From Micromonosporaceae bacterium (lineage in GTDB: Bacteria > Actinomycetota > Actinomycetes > Mycobacteriales > Micromonosporaceae): a DNA stretch of 64,000 nt. The notes beneath the pieces are model-generated. The model did no database searches. It saw nothing but the letters and a program-made list of their open reading frames with translations, and was not told where the DNA came from. Shown piece after piece: positions 25,941 to 35,275 of the stretch (its first letter is position 1; each line of letters starts with the position of its first letter). The stretch spans positions 10,488 to 74,487 of the forward strand of contig VSCG01000001.1 of assembly GCA_047459115.1 (NCBI GenBank), read 5' to 3'. The position numbers and the translations under genes are program-made.

Positions 25941-27560
25941 ATGAGCACGATCGACGGCCACGGCGGCACGCTCGCCGTGGCCGCGCTGCGCGCCGCCGGG
26001 GTGACGGAGATGTTCACCCTCTCCGGAGGCCACGTCTTCCCGCTCTACGACGCGGCGCACACCACGGGGCTGCGCATCGTCGACGTGCGTCACGAGCAGT
26101 CCGCGGTCTTCGCCGCCGAGGCGGTCGCCAAGCTGCGCCGCCGGCCCGGGCTCGCGGTGCTCACCGCCGGGCCCGGGGTCACCAACGGCGTCTCCGGCCT
26201 GACCAGCGCCTACTTCAACGGCGCGCCGGTGCTCGTCATCGGCGGGCGGGCCCCGGCGTTCCGCTGGGGCTCGGGCAGCCTGCAGGAGATCGACCATGTG
26301 CCGCTGGTCGCGCCGGTCACCAAGCACGCCGCCACGGTGCTCTCGGCCGACGAGATCCCGGCCGCCGTGCGGGACGCCCTGACCACCGCGCTGACCGCGC
26401 ACCGCGGACCGGTCTTCCTCGACCTGCCGCTGGAGGTGGTCTTCGGGCATGGCGAGGCGGCGGCGCCCGAGGCCCCGCGGGTGCCGGTGCTGGAGCCCGA
26501 CCCGGACGAGGTCGCCCGCGCGGCCGGCCTTCTGGCCGCTGCGCAGCGGCCGGTCATCATCGCCGGTTCGGACGTGTACGCCGGCGACGCGGTGGACGCC
26601 CTGCGGGCCGCCGCGGAGGCGTTGCAGGTGCCGGTGTTCACCAACGGCATGGGGCGCGGCGCGCTGCCACCCGGGCATCCGCTCGCGTTCATCCGGGCAC
26701 GCCGCGCCGCGCTCCGCGAAGCCGACGTGGTCGCGGTCGTCGGCACCCCGCTGGATTTCCGACTGAACTTCGGCGACTTCGGCGCGGCGCAGGTGGTGCA
26801 CGTCGTCGACGCTCCCTCGCAGCGTGCGTCGCATGTGGCCACCGCTGCCGCGCCAGCCGGCGACCTGCGGCTCATCCTCACCGCCTTCGCCGACCACAGT
26901 GGACAGCGGGCGGACCACGCCGACTGGATCGCCACGCTGCGCGCGGCCGAGGACGCGGCGACCGCCAAGCACGCGCAGGAGATGGCCGCGGACACCGAAC
27001 CGATCAAGCCCGCGCGGGTGTACGGCGAACTGCGGCGCGTGCTCGACCCCGACGCGGTCACCATCTGCGACGGCGGCGACTTCGTCTCCTACGCCGGGCG
27101 CTACCTGGAGCCCGCGGTGCCCGGCACCTGGCTGGACCCCGGCCCGTACGGGTGCCTCGGCACCGGCATGGGGTACGCGATGGCCGCCCGGCTCACCTAT
27201 CCGGATCGGCAGGTCTGCGTGCTGATGGGCGACGGCGCGGCCGGGTTCAGTCTGATGGATGTCGAGACGCTGGTGCGCCACCGCCTGCCGGCGGTCATCG
27301 TGGTCGGCAACAACGGCATCTGGGGGCTGGAGAAGCATCCGATGCGGGCGATGTACGGCTACGACGTCGCCGCCGACCTGCAGCCGGGTCTGCGCTACGA
27401 CGACGTGGTGCGGGCGCTCGGCGGGGCGGGAGAGACGGTGTCGCGACCCGACGAACTCGGCCCGGCGCTCAAGCGGGCGTTCGACGCGGGTGTGCCGTAC
27501 CTGGTGAACGTGCTGACCGACCCGGACGACGCCTACCCGCGCTCCTCCGTCCTGGCCTGA
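25941..27560 (+). CDS. Thiamine-pyrophosphate-dependent enzyme, acetolactate synthase large-subunit-like paralog
   Basis: GAAGGAG RBS before ATG 25941. GVTEMFTLSGGHVFPLYDA...VRHEQSAVFAAEA...LTAGPGVTNG... and the TPP motif GDGAAGFSLMDVETLVR..LPAVIVVGNNG. Confidence 0.85.
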   Translation: MSTIDGHGGTLAVAALRAAGVTEMFTLSGGHVFPLYDAAHTTGLRIVDVRHEQSAVFAAEAVAKLRRRPGLAVLTAGPGVTNGVSGLTSAYFNGAPVLVIGGRAPAFRWGSGSLQEIDHVPLVAPVTKHAATVLSADEIPAAVRDALTTALTAHRGPVFLDLPLEVVFGHGEAAAPEAPRVPVLEPDPDEVARAAGLLAAAQRPVIIAGSDVYAGDAVDALRAAAEALQVPVFTNGMGRGALPPGHPLAFIRARRAALREADVVAVVGTPLDFRLNFGDFGAAQVVHVVDAPSQRASHVATAAAPAGDLRLILTAFADHSGQRADHADWIATLRAAEDAATAKHAQEMAADTEPIKPARVYGELRRVLDPDAVTICDGGDFVSYAGRYLEPAVPGTWLDPGPYGCLGTGMGYAMAARLTYPDRQVCVLMGDGAAGFSLMDVETLVRHRLPAVIVVGNNGIWGLEKHPMRAMYGYDVAADLQPGLRYDDVVRALGGAGETVSRPDELGPALKRAFDAGVPYLVNVLTDPDDAYPRSSVLA

Positions 27561-27641
27561 CGCCGCCCGTTCGCGGCGGGGTCGCTGCTCGTGGCCCTCT
27601 GATGGCGGTCCTCGGCCTACACGGCGGGTAGCAGGCATCGT

Positions 27642-27747
27642 CCTATTGCTCTGCGCCACGCAGGCGAGCAGAGCAGCATTCCGGCTCTGCTCGTTAGGGC
27701 AGAGCGGCGTCCCGGCTCTGCTCGTGTTCGTGGAGCAGAGCAATAGG
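27642..27747. repeat. 106-bp imperfect palindrome built from six alternating GCTCTGC/GCAGAGC heptamers (MITE/REP-like or bidirectional terminator)
   Basis: The 13-bp termini CCTATTGCTCTGC (27642-27654) and GCAGAGCAATAGG (27735-27747) are perfect inverted repeats. Heptamers start at 27648, 27668, 27684, 27699, 27715 and 27735, with symmetric spacing 20/16/15/16/20. It lies between two convergent genes. Confidence 0.75.
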
Positions 27748-27844
27748 GATTTGACGGCTACCACCCGTCCAGCGCGACCTGGTGTGAGGCCAGCCGGCCG
27801 GTGCCGGCCGACCGCGACGGCGTCAGGCGGCGACCGCGACGGCG

Positions 27845-29893
27845 TCAGGTGGCGGGCGCAGCGGGCGTGGGCGCGGGTTCCGGCTCGCCGGCCGGGTCCG
27901 GATCCGACGTGGGGGTCTCGCGGGGGACCAGGGCCGCGGCGAGCGCCCAGGGCACCCAGACGAACTCCAGCAGGATGCGCGGCAGCGACGGCGGCACCGG
28001 GATCCACGGCAGCATGAACACGCTCCGGTCCACGCCGCCCGCCAGAGCCAGCACGCCGAGCGCCACGGTCAGCCAGCCGAGTCCCGGGCCGCCGCGGCGG
28101 CGCAGCGCCAGCCCGACGGTCAGCCAGCCGAGCCCGAGCAGCGCCAGCCCGACCCCGGTGAGCACGGTGCCCTCGTACGCGGTGCCGAAGACCCCGACGA
28201 TCAGCCCGCCGACCGCGCCGGCGACCGCCAGCGCCGCCCACCGGGATGAGCGCAGCCGCCGCGCCCACAGTGCCAGCAGCGCCAGCCCCAGCAGGATGGC
28301 CTCGGCTAGCGCGTACTGCACCTCGATGCGCTGCAGTCCGCGTGCGCCGAACCAGTCGCAGTTGGCCGCGATGCGCTGCTCGTCGCGGGAGTAGTCCGCG
28401 CACACGTACAGCTTGAGGGTCTTGCCGAGCTCGCCCACGTAGCGGTGGGTGCCGGGGCCGCCGCAGCCGGGCAGCGCCACCGGGTCGGACACCCCGTCGG
28501 ACTGCCAGCAGGAGCCCACGCCCTGCCCGTCCCACCAGAAGTCGATGCCGTTGGGCCGCGACTCGCCCTCCGGGGTCACCCCGAGCTTGTTGCCCAGGTA
28601 CCGGTTGTGGTGTGAGGTGTCGAACTGCGCGGCGAAGGAGGTGTCGTTGCGCACGAAGCCCGGCACCCACGAGGTGATGAAGCCCGCGAACCGGTTGTCG
28701 TAGACCCAGTTGTCCTGCCAGATGTTGTAGTTGCCGCCCGGGTTGATGATCCCGGTGCCGACCGGCAGCGGCACCACCGGGCACACCACCCCGTCCTCGT
28801 ACCCGCGCTCGGCGAACGGCCGGGCGCAGGTGCCGTCGCGCACGTACCGGTAGTAGTCCTCGTTGTTGTCGGCGATGATGTTGCGCTCGAACTTCGCGTG
28901 GTTCTGCGGCAGCCCGGGATGGTTCGGGAACGCCGAGTCGGTGGCGACGCCCGCGGTGTTGTTGACGAACTCGTTGTCGTGCGCCCATACCGAGTCGCCC
29001 GCGGTGCCCGAGTAGCCCAGCGTGTTGTGGTGCGAGCGGCACCCACGGATCTCGATGGCGTAGCGCAGCACGTCGTGCCCGCGGTCGGCGTTGATGTTGT
29101 TCGCCGCGCCCGGGTAGATCCCGGAGTCGCCGTTGCCGTACGCCTCGCAGTCGGTGTAGAGACCATGGTCGGTGGCGAACGTCAAGAAGCCGTACTCGTC
29201 GTTCCACCGCCCGATGACCCGGTCGATGACGAACCCGTCGGTCTCCATGATGTAGACCGCGTTGAACGTAGTGCGCTGCGCGGTGAGGTTGCGGATGTAG
29301 AAGCCGTCGGACTTGTCGGCCCGGATCGCGTTCAGCTTGTGGTACTGCGCGTCCACGACCACGTCCTCCGGACGGGCGCCGGTGCCCTCGATCTGCAGGT
29401 CCTTCTTGCCGAGGATCGCGACGAGGTTCTGCACGTTCGGGCAGGCGAGTTGATGCTCCCAGGAGAGCACCTGGTACTGGCCGTTGCCGGCCCACCGGGC
29501 GTCGATGCTCGCGCAGGCGCCCGTCGGCGGGGCCAGGCTCGGCTCCTCGAGGTAGACGCCGGGCAGCACCAGGATGTTGGTGCCCGGCAGCCGGACGTTG
29601 CTCACCGCCTCCTGCAGGTGGCGGTAGCCGCTGCGCTGGCACTCCTCCCACAGGGACAGGTTGCGCTCGCGCAGCGCGCTGTCGAAGTCGGCGATGCGCC
29701 GCTCGAAGTCGGCCCGGTCGCTCTTGCAGACCAGCAGCCGCGGTCCGTCCGTGCGGTACGTCGGCACGCTGCCGGTGCCGGCAAGCTGTCCGGTCTCACG
29801 CTCGTCGTGCGCGGCCGCCGCGCCGGGGTGCGGGCCGACGGCCAGCGCCACCCCGAGCAGGAGGACGCCGGTGACCCGCGTCAATCTCCCCAT
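27845..29893 (-). CDS. Secreted right-handed parallel beta-helix repeat protein with a C-terminal multi-TM anchor
   Basis: 682 aa with a signal peptide (VLLLGVALAVGPHPGAAAA). Repetitive N/D/G-rich turns (GNGDSGIYPG, HHNTLGYSGTAGDS, HDNEFVNNTAGV, ERNIIADNN) suggest a pectin-lyase fold. The last ~170 aa contain several hydrophobic helices and a P/T/E-rich tail. Confidence 0.65.
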   Translation of the reverse strand: MGRLTRVTGVLLLGVALAVGPHPGAAAAHDERETGQLAGTGSVPTYRTDGPRLLVCKSDRADFERRIADFDSALRERNLSLWEECQRSGYRHLQEAVSNVRLPGTNILVLPGVYLEEPSLAPPTGACASIDARWAGNGQYQVLSWEHQLACPNVQNLVAILGKKDLQIEGTGARPEDVVVDAQYHKLNAIRADKSDGFYIRNLTAQRTTFNAVYIMETDGFVIDRVIGRWNDEYGFLTFATDHGLYTDCEAYGNGDSGIYPGAANNINADRGHDVLRYAIEIRGCRSHHNTLGYSGTAGDSVWAHDNEFVNNTAGVATDSAFPNHPGLPQNHAKFERNIIADNNEDYYRYVRDGTCARPFAERGYEDGVVCPVVPLPVGTGIINPGGNYNIWQDNWVYDNRFAGFITSWVPGFVRNDTSFAAQFDTSHHNRYLGNKLGVTPEGESRPNGIDFWWDGQGVGSCWQSDGVSDPVALPGCGGPGTHRYVGELGKTLKLYVCADYSRDEQRIAANCDWFGARGLQRIEVQYALAEAILLGLALLALWARRLRSSRWAALAVAGAVGGLIVGVFGTAYEGTVLTGVGLALLGLGWLTVGLALRRRGGPGLGWLTVALGVLALAGGVDRSVFMLPWIPVPPSLPRILLEFVWVPWALAAALVPRETPTSDPDPAGEPEPAPTPAAPAT

Positions 29894-29927
29894 ACGCCGG
29901 CAGCGTAGAGAACACCGGTCGATTGAG

Positions 29928-30314
29928 CTAGTCCGAGTTCTCCTTCGGCCCGGCGTCCTGCGCCCGCGGATCCTTCGGTTTGCCGATCGACCGTAGGAAC
30001 TCCGGGTCGTCGTCGGGCGCGAGCGGGCGGCGGGGTCGTTCGCGCTCCGGGAAGCCGCCGCCGATACGCCACAGGCCGGGCCGGGGCGCGGTGGGCAGCG
30101 GCCGCCCGGCGACGAAGTAGACGATCGACCCGACCAGCGGGAACAGCAGGATGACGATCACCCAGGCGATCTTCGGAAGACCGCGCAGCTCGCCGTCCTC
30201 GGCGGAGATGCAGCTGATCAGCGCGATGACCGCCAGGACGACCTGGGCCAGGAAGAGCAGGGGCAGTAGCCGAGCCATGCGGCAATCATGCCCGGTGAGA
30301 GCGTCCGGCGTCAT
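29928..30314 (-). CDS. PLD nuclease N-terminal (PLDc_N) domain small membrane protein
   Basis: LRGLPKIAWVIVILLFPLVGSIVYFVAGRP is the typical PLDc_N motif. ATG 30314 overlaps the upstream stop (ATGA). Confidence 0.65.
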   Translation of the reverse strand: MTPDALTGHDCRMARLLPLLFLAQVVLAVIALISCISAEDGELRGLPKIAWVIVILLFPLVGSIVYFVAGRPLPTAPRPGLWRIGGGFPERERPRRPLAPDDDPEFLRSIGKPKDPRAQDAGPKENSD

Positions 30315-30637
30315 GCCAGCACCAGCAACACCCCGAGTACGGCGTACCCGGTGACGATGAGGGCGAGGGCGGGCAGCGCGCGGCCGGACGGGTCCCCGGG
30401 TGCCGGGCGGGGCGGGGCGAGGGCCCGTACCCGGTGGTGGCTGACGGCGAGGACGGCGGCCCAGAGCGCGGCGACCGCGACCAGGCCGAGCAGCCGGACC
30501 GGTGTCACCCGCTGCACGGCCAGGCGCGCGGCGAGCAGCGCGACCCCGGTCACGGCGAGCGCGGTGCGTCGCCAGGCGAGCCGGGTGCGCTCCGGCTGGA
30601 GCCCCGGGTCGCGTCCCGGCCCTGCCGCGCGGGTCAC
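30311..30637 (-). CDS. DUF202 (YidH-like) membrane protein
   Basis: GLQPERTRLAWRRTALAV followed by two or three TM helices. GTG 30637 overlaps the upstream stop (GTGA). Confidence 0.6.
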   Translation of the reverse strand: MTRAAGPGRDPGLQPERTRLAWRRTALAVTGVALLAARLAVQRVTPVRLLGLVAVAALWAAVLAVSHHRVRALAPPRPAPGDPSGRALPALALIVTGYAVLGVLLVLA

Positions 30638-31020
30638 GACCTGAACCTGCCCACGAGTACCGCGACCGCGAGCAGGAACGCCCCGAGCAGCACGGTCAGC
30701 GTCAGCACGGCCGGGAACCGGGTCGGCGGCAGGTCCTGGTCCAGCCGCATCGCGCGTTCTGAGCGGATCCAGCGGTCGACCGCCCGCACCGCGCACGCCG
30801 CGCCGAGCGCCATGAGCGCGATGGCGACAGCTTCACGCAGGTACGGCACGGCCAGCGGCGGCAGGAACTGCGCGATCGCCAACCCGCCGGCGAGCAGGGC
30901 GAGCGCTGTGCGGATCCAGGCCAGGAACGTGCGCTCGTTGGCCAGCGAGAAGCGGTAGTCGGGCGTGTGGCCGACCCGGCGGATCTCATCCGGATCGAAC
31001 CACCACCTGATCCCGCCCAT
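30634..31020 (-). CDS. DUF202 (YidH-like) membrane protein
   Basis: LANERTFLAWIRTALALLAGG is the DUF202 signature. I chose the internal ATG 31020; the 292-aa track ORF extends upstream through non-coding-looking sequence. Confidence 0.7.
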   Translation of the reverse strand: MGGIRWWFDPDEIRRVGHTPDYRFSLANERTFLAWIRTALALLAGGLAIAQFLPPLAVPYLREAVAIALMALGAACAVRAVDRWIRSERAMRLDQDLPPTRFPAVLTLTVLLGAFLLAVAVLVGRFRS

Positions 31021-31077
31021 GCGGCGATTATCCGGCGCGGTGCGGCACGGCCGCCCCATGAGCCGCAGAATGGCGGG

Positions 31078-31485
31078 ATGACCGAGCCGTTGACGGACTA
31101 CGAGCGCCACACCCTGAGGGACGCCGCCTACGGTGCGATATTCCTCGTCTCCAACGCCGATCCCGGTCTGCTCGACATGGTGAAGGAGAGCTTCGCCGCC
31201 TCGAAGGTCCTCGCGCGCTCGCCCGGGACGCTGCGGGAGGTGCTGACCACCGGAGGGCTGCCCACGCTGCCCCGCTCGCCGGCCGAACTCGAGGAGGTCG
31301 TGCTGCCTGCGTTGCGCCGGTCCATGGCCATCCTCCGGGCGAAGGCGCCGGGCGAGGCGGAGAACTTCCGCACGACCGTGTTCGAGGCGTGCACCGAGGC
31401 GGCCGCGGCGGACAGCGGGATCAAGGCGACCGAATCGACGGCCCTGGCGAAGATCAGGTCCGCGCTCGACTCGGCACCGCAGTGA
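31078..31485 (+). CDS. Hypothetical protein
   Basis: 135 aa from the internal ATG 31078 (MTEPLTDYERHTLRDAAYGAIFLVS...). Good GC3 bias, no motif recognised. Confidence 0.45.
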   Translation: MTEPLTDYERHTLRDAAYGAIFLVSNADPGLLDMVKESFAASKVLARSPGTLREVLTTGGLPTLPRSPAELEEVVLPALRRSMAILRAKAPGEAENFRTTVFEACTEAAAADSGIKATESTALAKIRSALDSAPQ

Positions 31486-31666
31486 CGGAGGCGTGGCCGT
31501 GAACTGTGTCACCCGCCGCGAGGGTAACCCTACTCGCGGGTAACATGGGCCGTGGCGAACCGCACATCAGCAGCGGTTGACCCGGTACGTGCGGCTGCGA
31601 AAGGCTGCGCGGCAGGACGTCGGCCTAAACGCCCGTTCACAGCTCAGGGAGGGTCGTCGAAAACCC

Positions 31667-32446
31667 ATGAACATCGTCGTACTTGTGAAGCAGGTGCCGG
31701 ATTCTGGCGCGGAGCGTCGGCTCGTGGCGGACGACAACACCGTCGACCGGGGATCGGCCAACAACGTCATCAACGAGATGGATGAGTACGCCATCGAGGA
31801 GGCGTTGCGCGTCCAGGAGGCCCACGGCGGCGAGGTGACGATCCTGACGATGGGGCCCGAGCAGGCCGGGGAGTCCATCCGCAAGGCGCTGTCGATGGGC
31901 CCGGACCAGGCCGTGCACGTCCTCGACGACGCGCTGCGCGGCTCGTGCGCGGTGGCCACCTCGAAGGTGCTCGCCGCGGCGCTGCGCACCCTGAACGCCG
32001 ACCTGGTGCTGTGCGGCGCGGAGTCGACCGACGGGCGGGTGCAGGTGATGCCGCAGATGATCGCCGAGCGGCTCGGCATGCCCGCCCTGACCGGCGCGCG
32101 CAAGCTGACCGTCGAGGGCTCCACGCTGACCGTCGAGCGGCAGACCGAGGAAGGCTACGAGGTGGTGACCGCGCAGACCCCGGCCGTGGTGTCGGTGTGG
32201 GACACCATCAACGAGCCGCGGTACCCGTCGTTCAAGGGGATCATGGCGGCGAAGAAGAAGCCGGTGCGCACCCTGTCGCTGGCCGACCTCGGGATGTCCG
32301 CCGACGAGGTGGGGTTCGCCGGCGCGACGAGCGTGGTGGTGGAGCACAGCCAGCGCCCGCCGCGCTCCGGCGGCGTGAAGGTCGAGGACTCCGGCGACGG
32401 CGGAGTCAAGCTGGTCGAGTTCCTGGCTTCCGAGAAGTTCGTGTGA
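31667..32446 (+). CDS. etfB: Electron transfer flavoprotein beta subunit
   Basis: MNIVVLVKQVPDSGAERRL...NEMDEYAIEEALR... AGGGAGG RBS upstream of ATG 31667. Confidence 0.9.
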   Translation: MNIVVLVKQVPDSGAERRLVADDNTVDRGSANNVINEMDEYAIEEALRVQEAHGGEVTILTMGPEQAGESIRKALSMGPDQAVHVLDDALRGSCAVATSKVLAAALRTLNADLVLCGAESTDGRVQVMPQMIAERLGMPALTGARKLTVEGSTLTVERQTEEGYEVVTAQTPAVVSVWDTINEPRYPSFKGIMAAKKKPVRTLSLADLGMSADEVGFAGATSVVVEHSQRPPRSGGVKVEDSGDGGVKLVEFLASEKFV

Positions 32447-32455
32447 GGGCGTGGC

Positions 32456-33412
32456 ATGGCTGAGGTTCTGGTAGTCGTCGACCACTCCGACGGGGCGGTC
32501 AAGAAGGTCACCCTGGAGATGCTCACCCTCGCGCGCGACCTGGGTGAGCCGGCCGCCGTGGTGCTGGGCGCCCCCGGCACGGCCGCCGCGCTGACCGAGA
32601 AGCTGGGCGAGTACGGTGCCGCGACCGTGTACGCGGCGGAGCACGAGGATCTGGACGCGTACCTGGTGTCGCCGAAGGCGACCGTGCTGGCGTCGCTGGT
32701 CGGTTCGGTGTCCCCGGCGGCGGTGCTGCTGCCCTCGACCCAGGAGGGCAAGGAGATCGCCGGCCGGCTGGCGGTCAAGCTGGACAACGGGCTGCTCACC
32801 GACGTGGTGGAGCTGTCCGCCGACGGGGTGGCGACGCAGGTGGTGTTCGCCGGGTCCACCATCGTCAAGTCGAAGGTGTCGCGCGGGCTGCCGCTGGTGA
32901 CCGTGCGACCGAACTCGGTGACGCCGGCACCGGCGCCGACCACCCCGACGGTGTCGACGGTCGAGGTGCAGCTCACCGACGCCGACCGCCTGGCGCGGGT
33001 CGTCGAGCGGGTGGCCGAACCCAAGGGCGCCCGGCCGGAGCTGACCGAGGCGTCGGTGGTGGTCTCCGGCGGGCGCGGCGTGGGCAGCGCGGAGAACTTC
33101 AAGCTGGTCGAGGAGCTGGCCGACCTGCTCGGCGGCGCGGTGGGCGCGTCGCGGGCGGCCACCGACTCCGGGTTTTACCCGCACCAGTACCAGGTGGGGC
33201 AGACCGGCAAGACCGTCTCGCCGCAGCTGTACATCGCGCTGGGCATCTCCGGGGCGATCCAGCACCGGGCCGGCATGCAGACCTCGAAGACGATCGTCGC
33301 GGTGAACAAGGACGCCGAGGCGCCGATCTTCGAGCTCGCCGACTACGGGGTGGTCGGCGACCTGTTCAAGGTCGTCCCGCAGGCGATCGAGGAGATCCGC
33401 AAGCGCAAGTAG
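32456..33412 (+). CDS. etfA: Electron transfer flavoprotein alpha subunit
   Basis: [15 protein letters not shown]...[62 protein letters not shown]. Confidence 0.9.
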   Translation: MAEVLVVVDHSDGAVKKVTLEMLTLARDLGEPAAVVLGAPGTAAALTEKLGEYGAATVYAAEHEDLDAYLVSPKATVLASLVGSVSPAAVLLPSTQEGKEIAGRLAVKLDNGLLTDVVELSADGVATQVVFAGSTIVKSKVSRGLPLVTVRPNSVTPAPAPTTPTVSTVEVQLTDADRLARVVERVAEPKGARPELTEASVVVSGGRGVGSAENFKLVEELADLLGGAVGASRAATDSGFYPHQYQVGQTGKTVSPQLYIALGISGAIQHRAGMQTSKTIVAVNKDAEAPIFELADYGVVGDLFKVVPQAIEEIRKRK

Positions 33413-33473
33413 CCGGACCGGGAACCGGGCCCGCGGACCGCGGCTCCGCATGAATATGGAGAGCGGATGCGAC

Positions 33474-34003
33474 ATGGTTCGGGCGTTGCGGGCGGCGGTC
33501 CTGGTGATGGTTCTCGTGGCCGCCGGGTGCGCCGGTCGGTCGGATTCAGGTTCGCGGGGGCGGGGCCGGCGACATCCGTCGCCGGCCCCGCCCCGTCCGT
33601 CGAACCCTCCGTCGTGCCCGGCGGCTGCGGACAGACCCCGCTGCTGGTCGGTGGGGCGCCGCGATGGGCCGAGGGTGCCCCGGACGACCTGCCGTACGTG
33701 ATGTCGCGCGAGGGCAACCTGGTCGGCGTGCTGTTCGGGCATCCGCTGCGCGCCTCCTCGGGAACCGAGGGCCGGAGAAACAAGATCCTGTGGCGGGTGC
33801 GGGAGCCGCGTAACGGCTCCGATCTGCGGCTCACGCTGCACCCGGCCGCCGGCGACGGGCCGTCGGTCACGGTCACCGAGCCGGCCGGCGCCGGGCCCGG
33901 CGAGATCTATCCATCCGGTGTGGATGTGCCGACGGCCGGGTGCTGGTCGGTCGTCGCCGAGTGGGACGGCCACCGGGCCACCCTGGAACTCGCATACGGA
34001 TAA
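33474..34003 (+). CDS. Putative secreted lipoprotein with an apparent frameshift between signal peptide and mature domain
   Basis: The frame of 33474 gives [27 protein letters not shown] (lipobox-like), then turns to junk. The frame of track ORF 33467..34003 carries the plausible mature domain ([18 protein letters not shown]...[18 protein letters not shown]). The switch point coincides with G-runs at 33556-33565. Confidence 0.5.
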
Positions 34004-34062
34004 CCGCCCACCGATCTCGGCCACCGCCGCTGCCGGACGGCCGCGGGCTACGCTTGGCGGCG

Positions 34063-35241
34063 ATGGCCTACTTGGATCATGCCGCCACCACGCCCATGCT
34101 CGCCGAGGCGGTCGACGCCTACCTGACGACCGCGCGCGAGGTCGGCAACCCCTCCTCGCTGCACGCACCCGGTCGCCGGGCCCGGCAGCTGGTCGAGGAG
34201 GCGCGCGAACGGATCGCCGCCGTGCTCGGCTCGCGGCCGTCCGAGGTGATCTTCACGGGTGGCGGTACGGAGAGCGACAACCTCGCGGTCAAGGGCATCT
34301 ACTGGGCGCGCCGGGCGGCGGAGCCCAGGCGCACCCGGATCATCGCCAGCGCCGTCGAGCACCACGCGGTGCTCGACGCGGTGCTCTGGCTGCACACGCA
34401 CGAGGGCGCGCCGGTCAGCTGGCTGCCGGTGGACGCGGCCGGGCGGGTGGACGTCGCCGCGCTGCGCGCCGAGCTGGACCGGTACCGCGACGAGGTCGCA
34501 CTGATCACCGCCATGTGGGCGAACAACGAGGTGGGCACCGTCCAGCCCGTCGCCGAGATCGCCGCCGTCGCGGCCGAGTACGGCGTGCCGTACCACACCG
34601 ACGCCGTGCAGGCCGTCGGGCAGGTGCCGGTCGACTTCGCCGCCTCCGGCGCGGCCGCGCTCACCGTGACCGGGCACAAGCTCGGCGGGCCGGGCGGCGT
34701 GGGCGCGCTGCTGCTCGCCCGCGAGGTGCCGTGCGTGCCGCTGCTGCACGGCGGCGGGCAGGAGCGCGACATCCGCTCGGGCACCCTCGACACCGCGGGC
34801 ATCGTGGCGTTCGCGACCGCGGTGGAGGTGGCGGTCAAGGGCCAGCAGGACTTCGCCGCCCGGATCGGGGCGTTGCGCGACGACCTGGTGGCCCGGGTAC
34901 GCCAGGCGGTGCCCGACGCGATCTACAACGGCGACCCGGCCGACCGGCTGCCCGGCAACGCGCACTTCTCCTTCCCCGGCTGCGAGGGCGACGCGCTGCT
35001 GCTGCTGCTCGACGCGCAGGGCATCGCCTGCTCGACCGGCTCGGCCTGTTCCGCGGGGGTGGCGCAGCCGTCGCACGTGCTGCTCGCCATGGGCGCCGAC
35101 GAGAAGCTGGCGCGCTCCACGCTGCGCTTCACCCTGGGGCACACCTCGACCGCCGCGGAGGTCGACGAGCTCGTCGCCGCGCTGCCCGCGGCGGTCGAGC
35201 GGGCGCGGCGCGCCGGCGCCATCCGCTCCGCCCGCGGCTGA
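34063..35241 (+). CDS. iscS: Cysteine desulfurase (NifS/IscS class)
   Basis: [13 protein letters not shown]...[15 protein letters not shown]...SAVEHHAVL...[15 protein letters not shown]...GTLDTAGI...[10 protein letters not shown]. Confidence 0.9.
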   Translation: MAYLDHAATTPMLAEAVDAYLTTAREVGNPSSLHAPGRRARQLVEEARERIAAVLGSRPSEVIFTGGGTESDNLAVKGIYWARRAAEPRRTRIIASAVEHHAVLDAVLWLHTHEGAPVSWLPVDAAGRVDVAALRAELDRYRDEVALITAMWANNEVGTVQPVAEIAAVAAEYGVPYHTDAVQAVGQVPVDFAASGAAALTVTGHKLGGPGGVGALLLAREVPCVPLLHGGGQERDIRSGTLDTAGIVAFATAVEVAVKGQQDFAARIGALRDDLVARVRQAVPDAIYNGDPADRLPGNAHFSFPGCEGDALLLLLDAQGIACSTGSACSAGVAQPSHVLLAMGADEKLARSTLRFTLGHTSTAAEVDELVAALPAAVERARRAGAIRSARG

Positions 35242-35275
35242 CCCACCGCGCGGACCGCCCGGATACGCTTGTCGG

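Noticed and set aside
25092-29651. 1519-aa ORF on the minus strand, the longest in the track
   Set aside because: It is Arg/Gly/Pro/Ala-rich with no motifs. It is antisense to the well-supported enoyl-CoA hydratase and TPP-enzyme genes and out of frame with the beta-helix gene. This is a typical high-GC shadow ORF.
31637-34168. 843-aa minus-strand ORF over etfB/etfA
   Set aside because: It is antisense to the canonical ETF genes and has low-complexity R/G/H/P composition.
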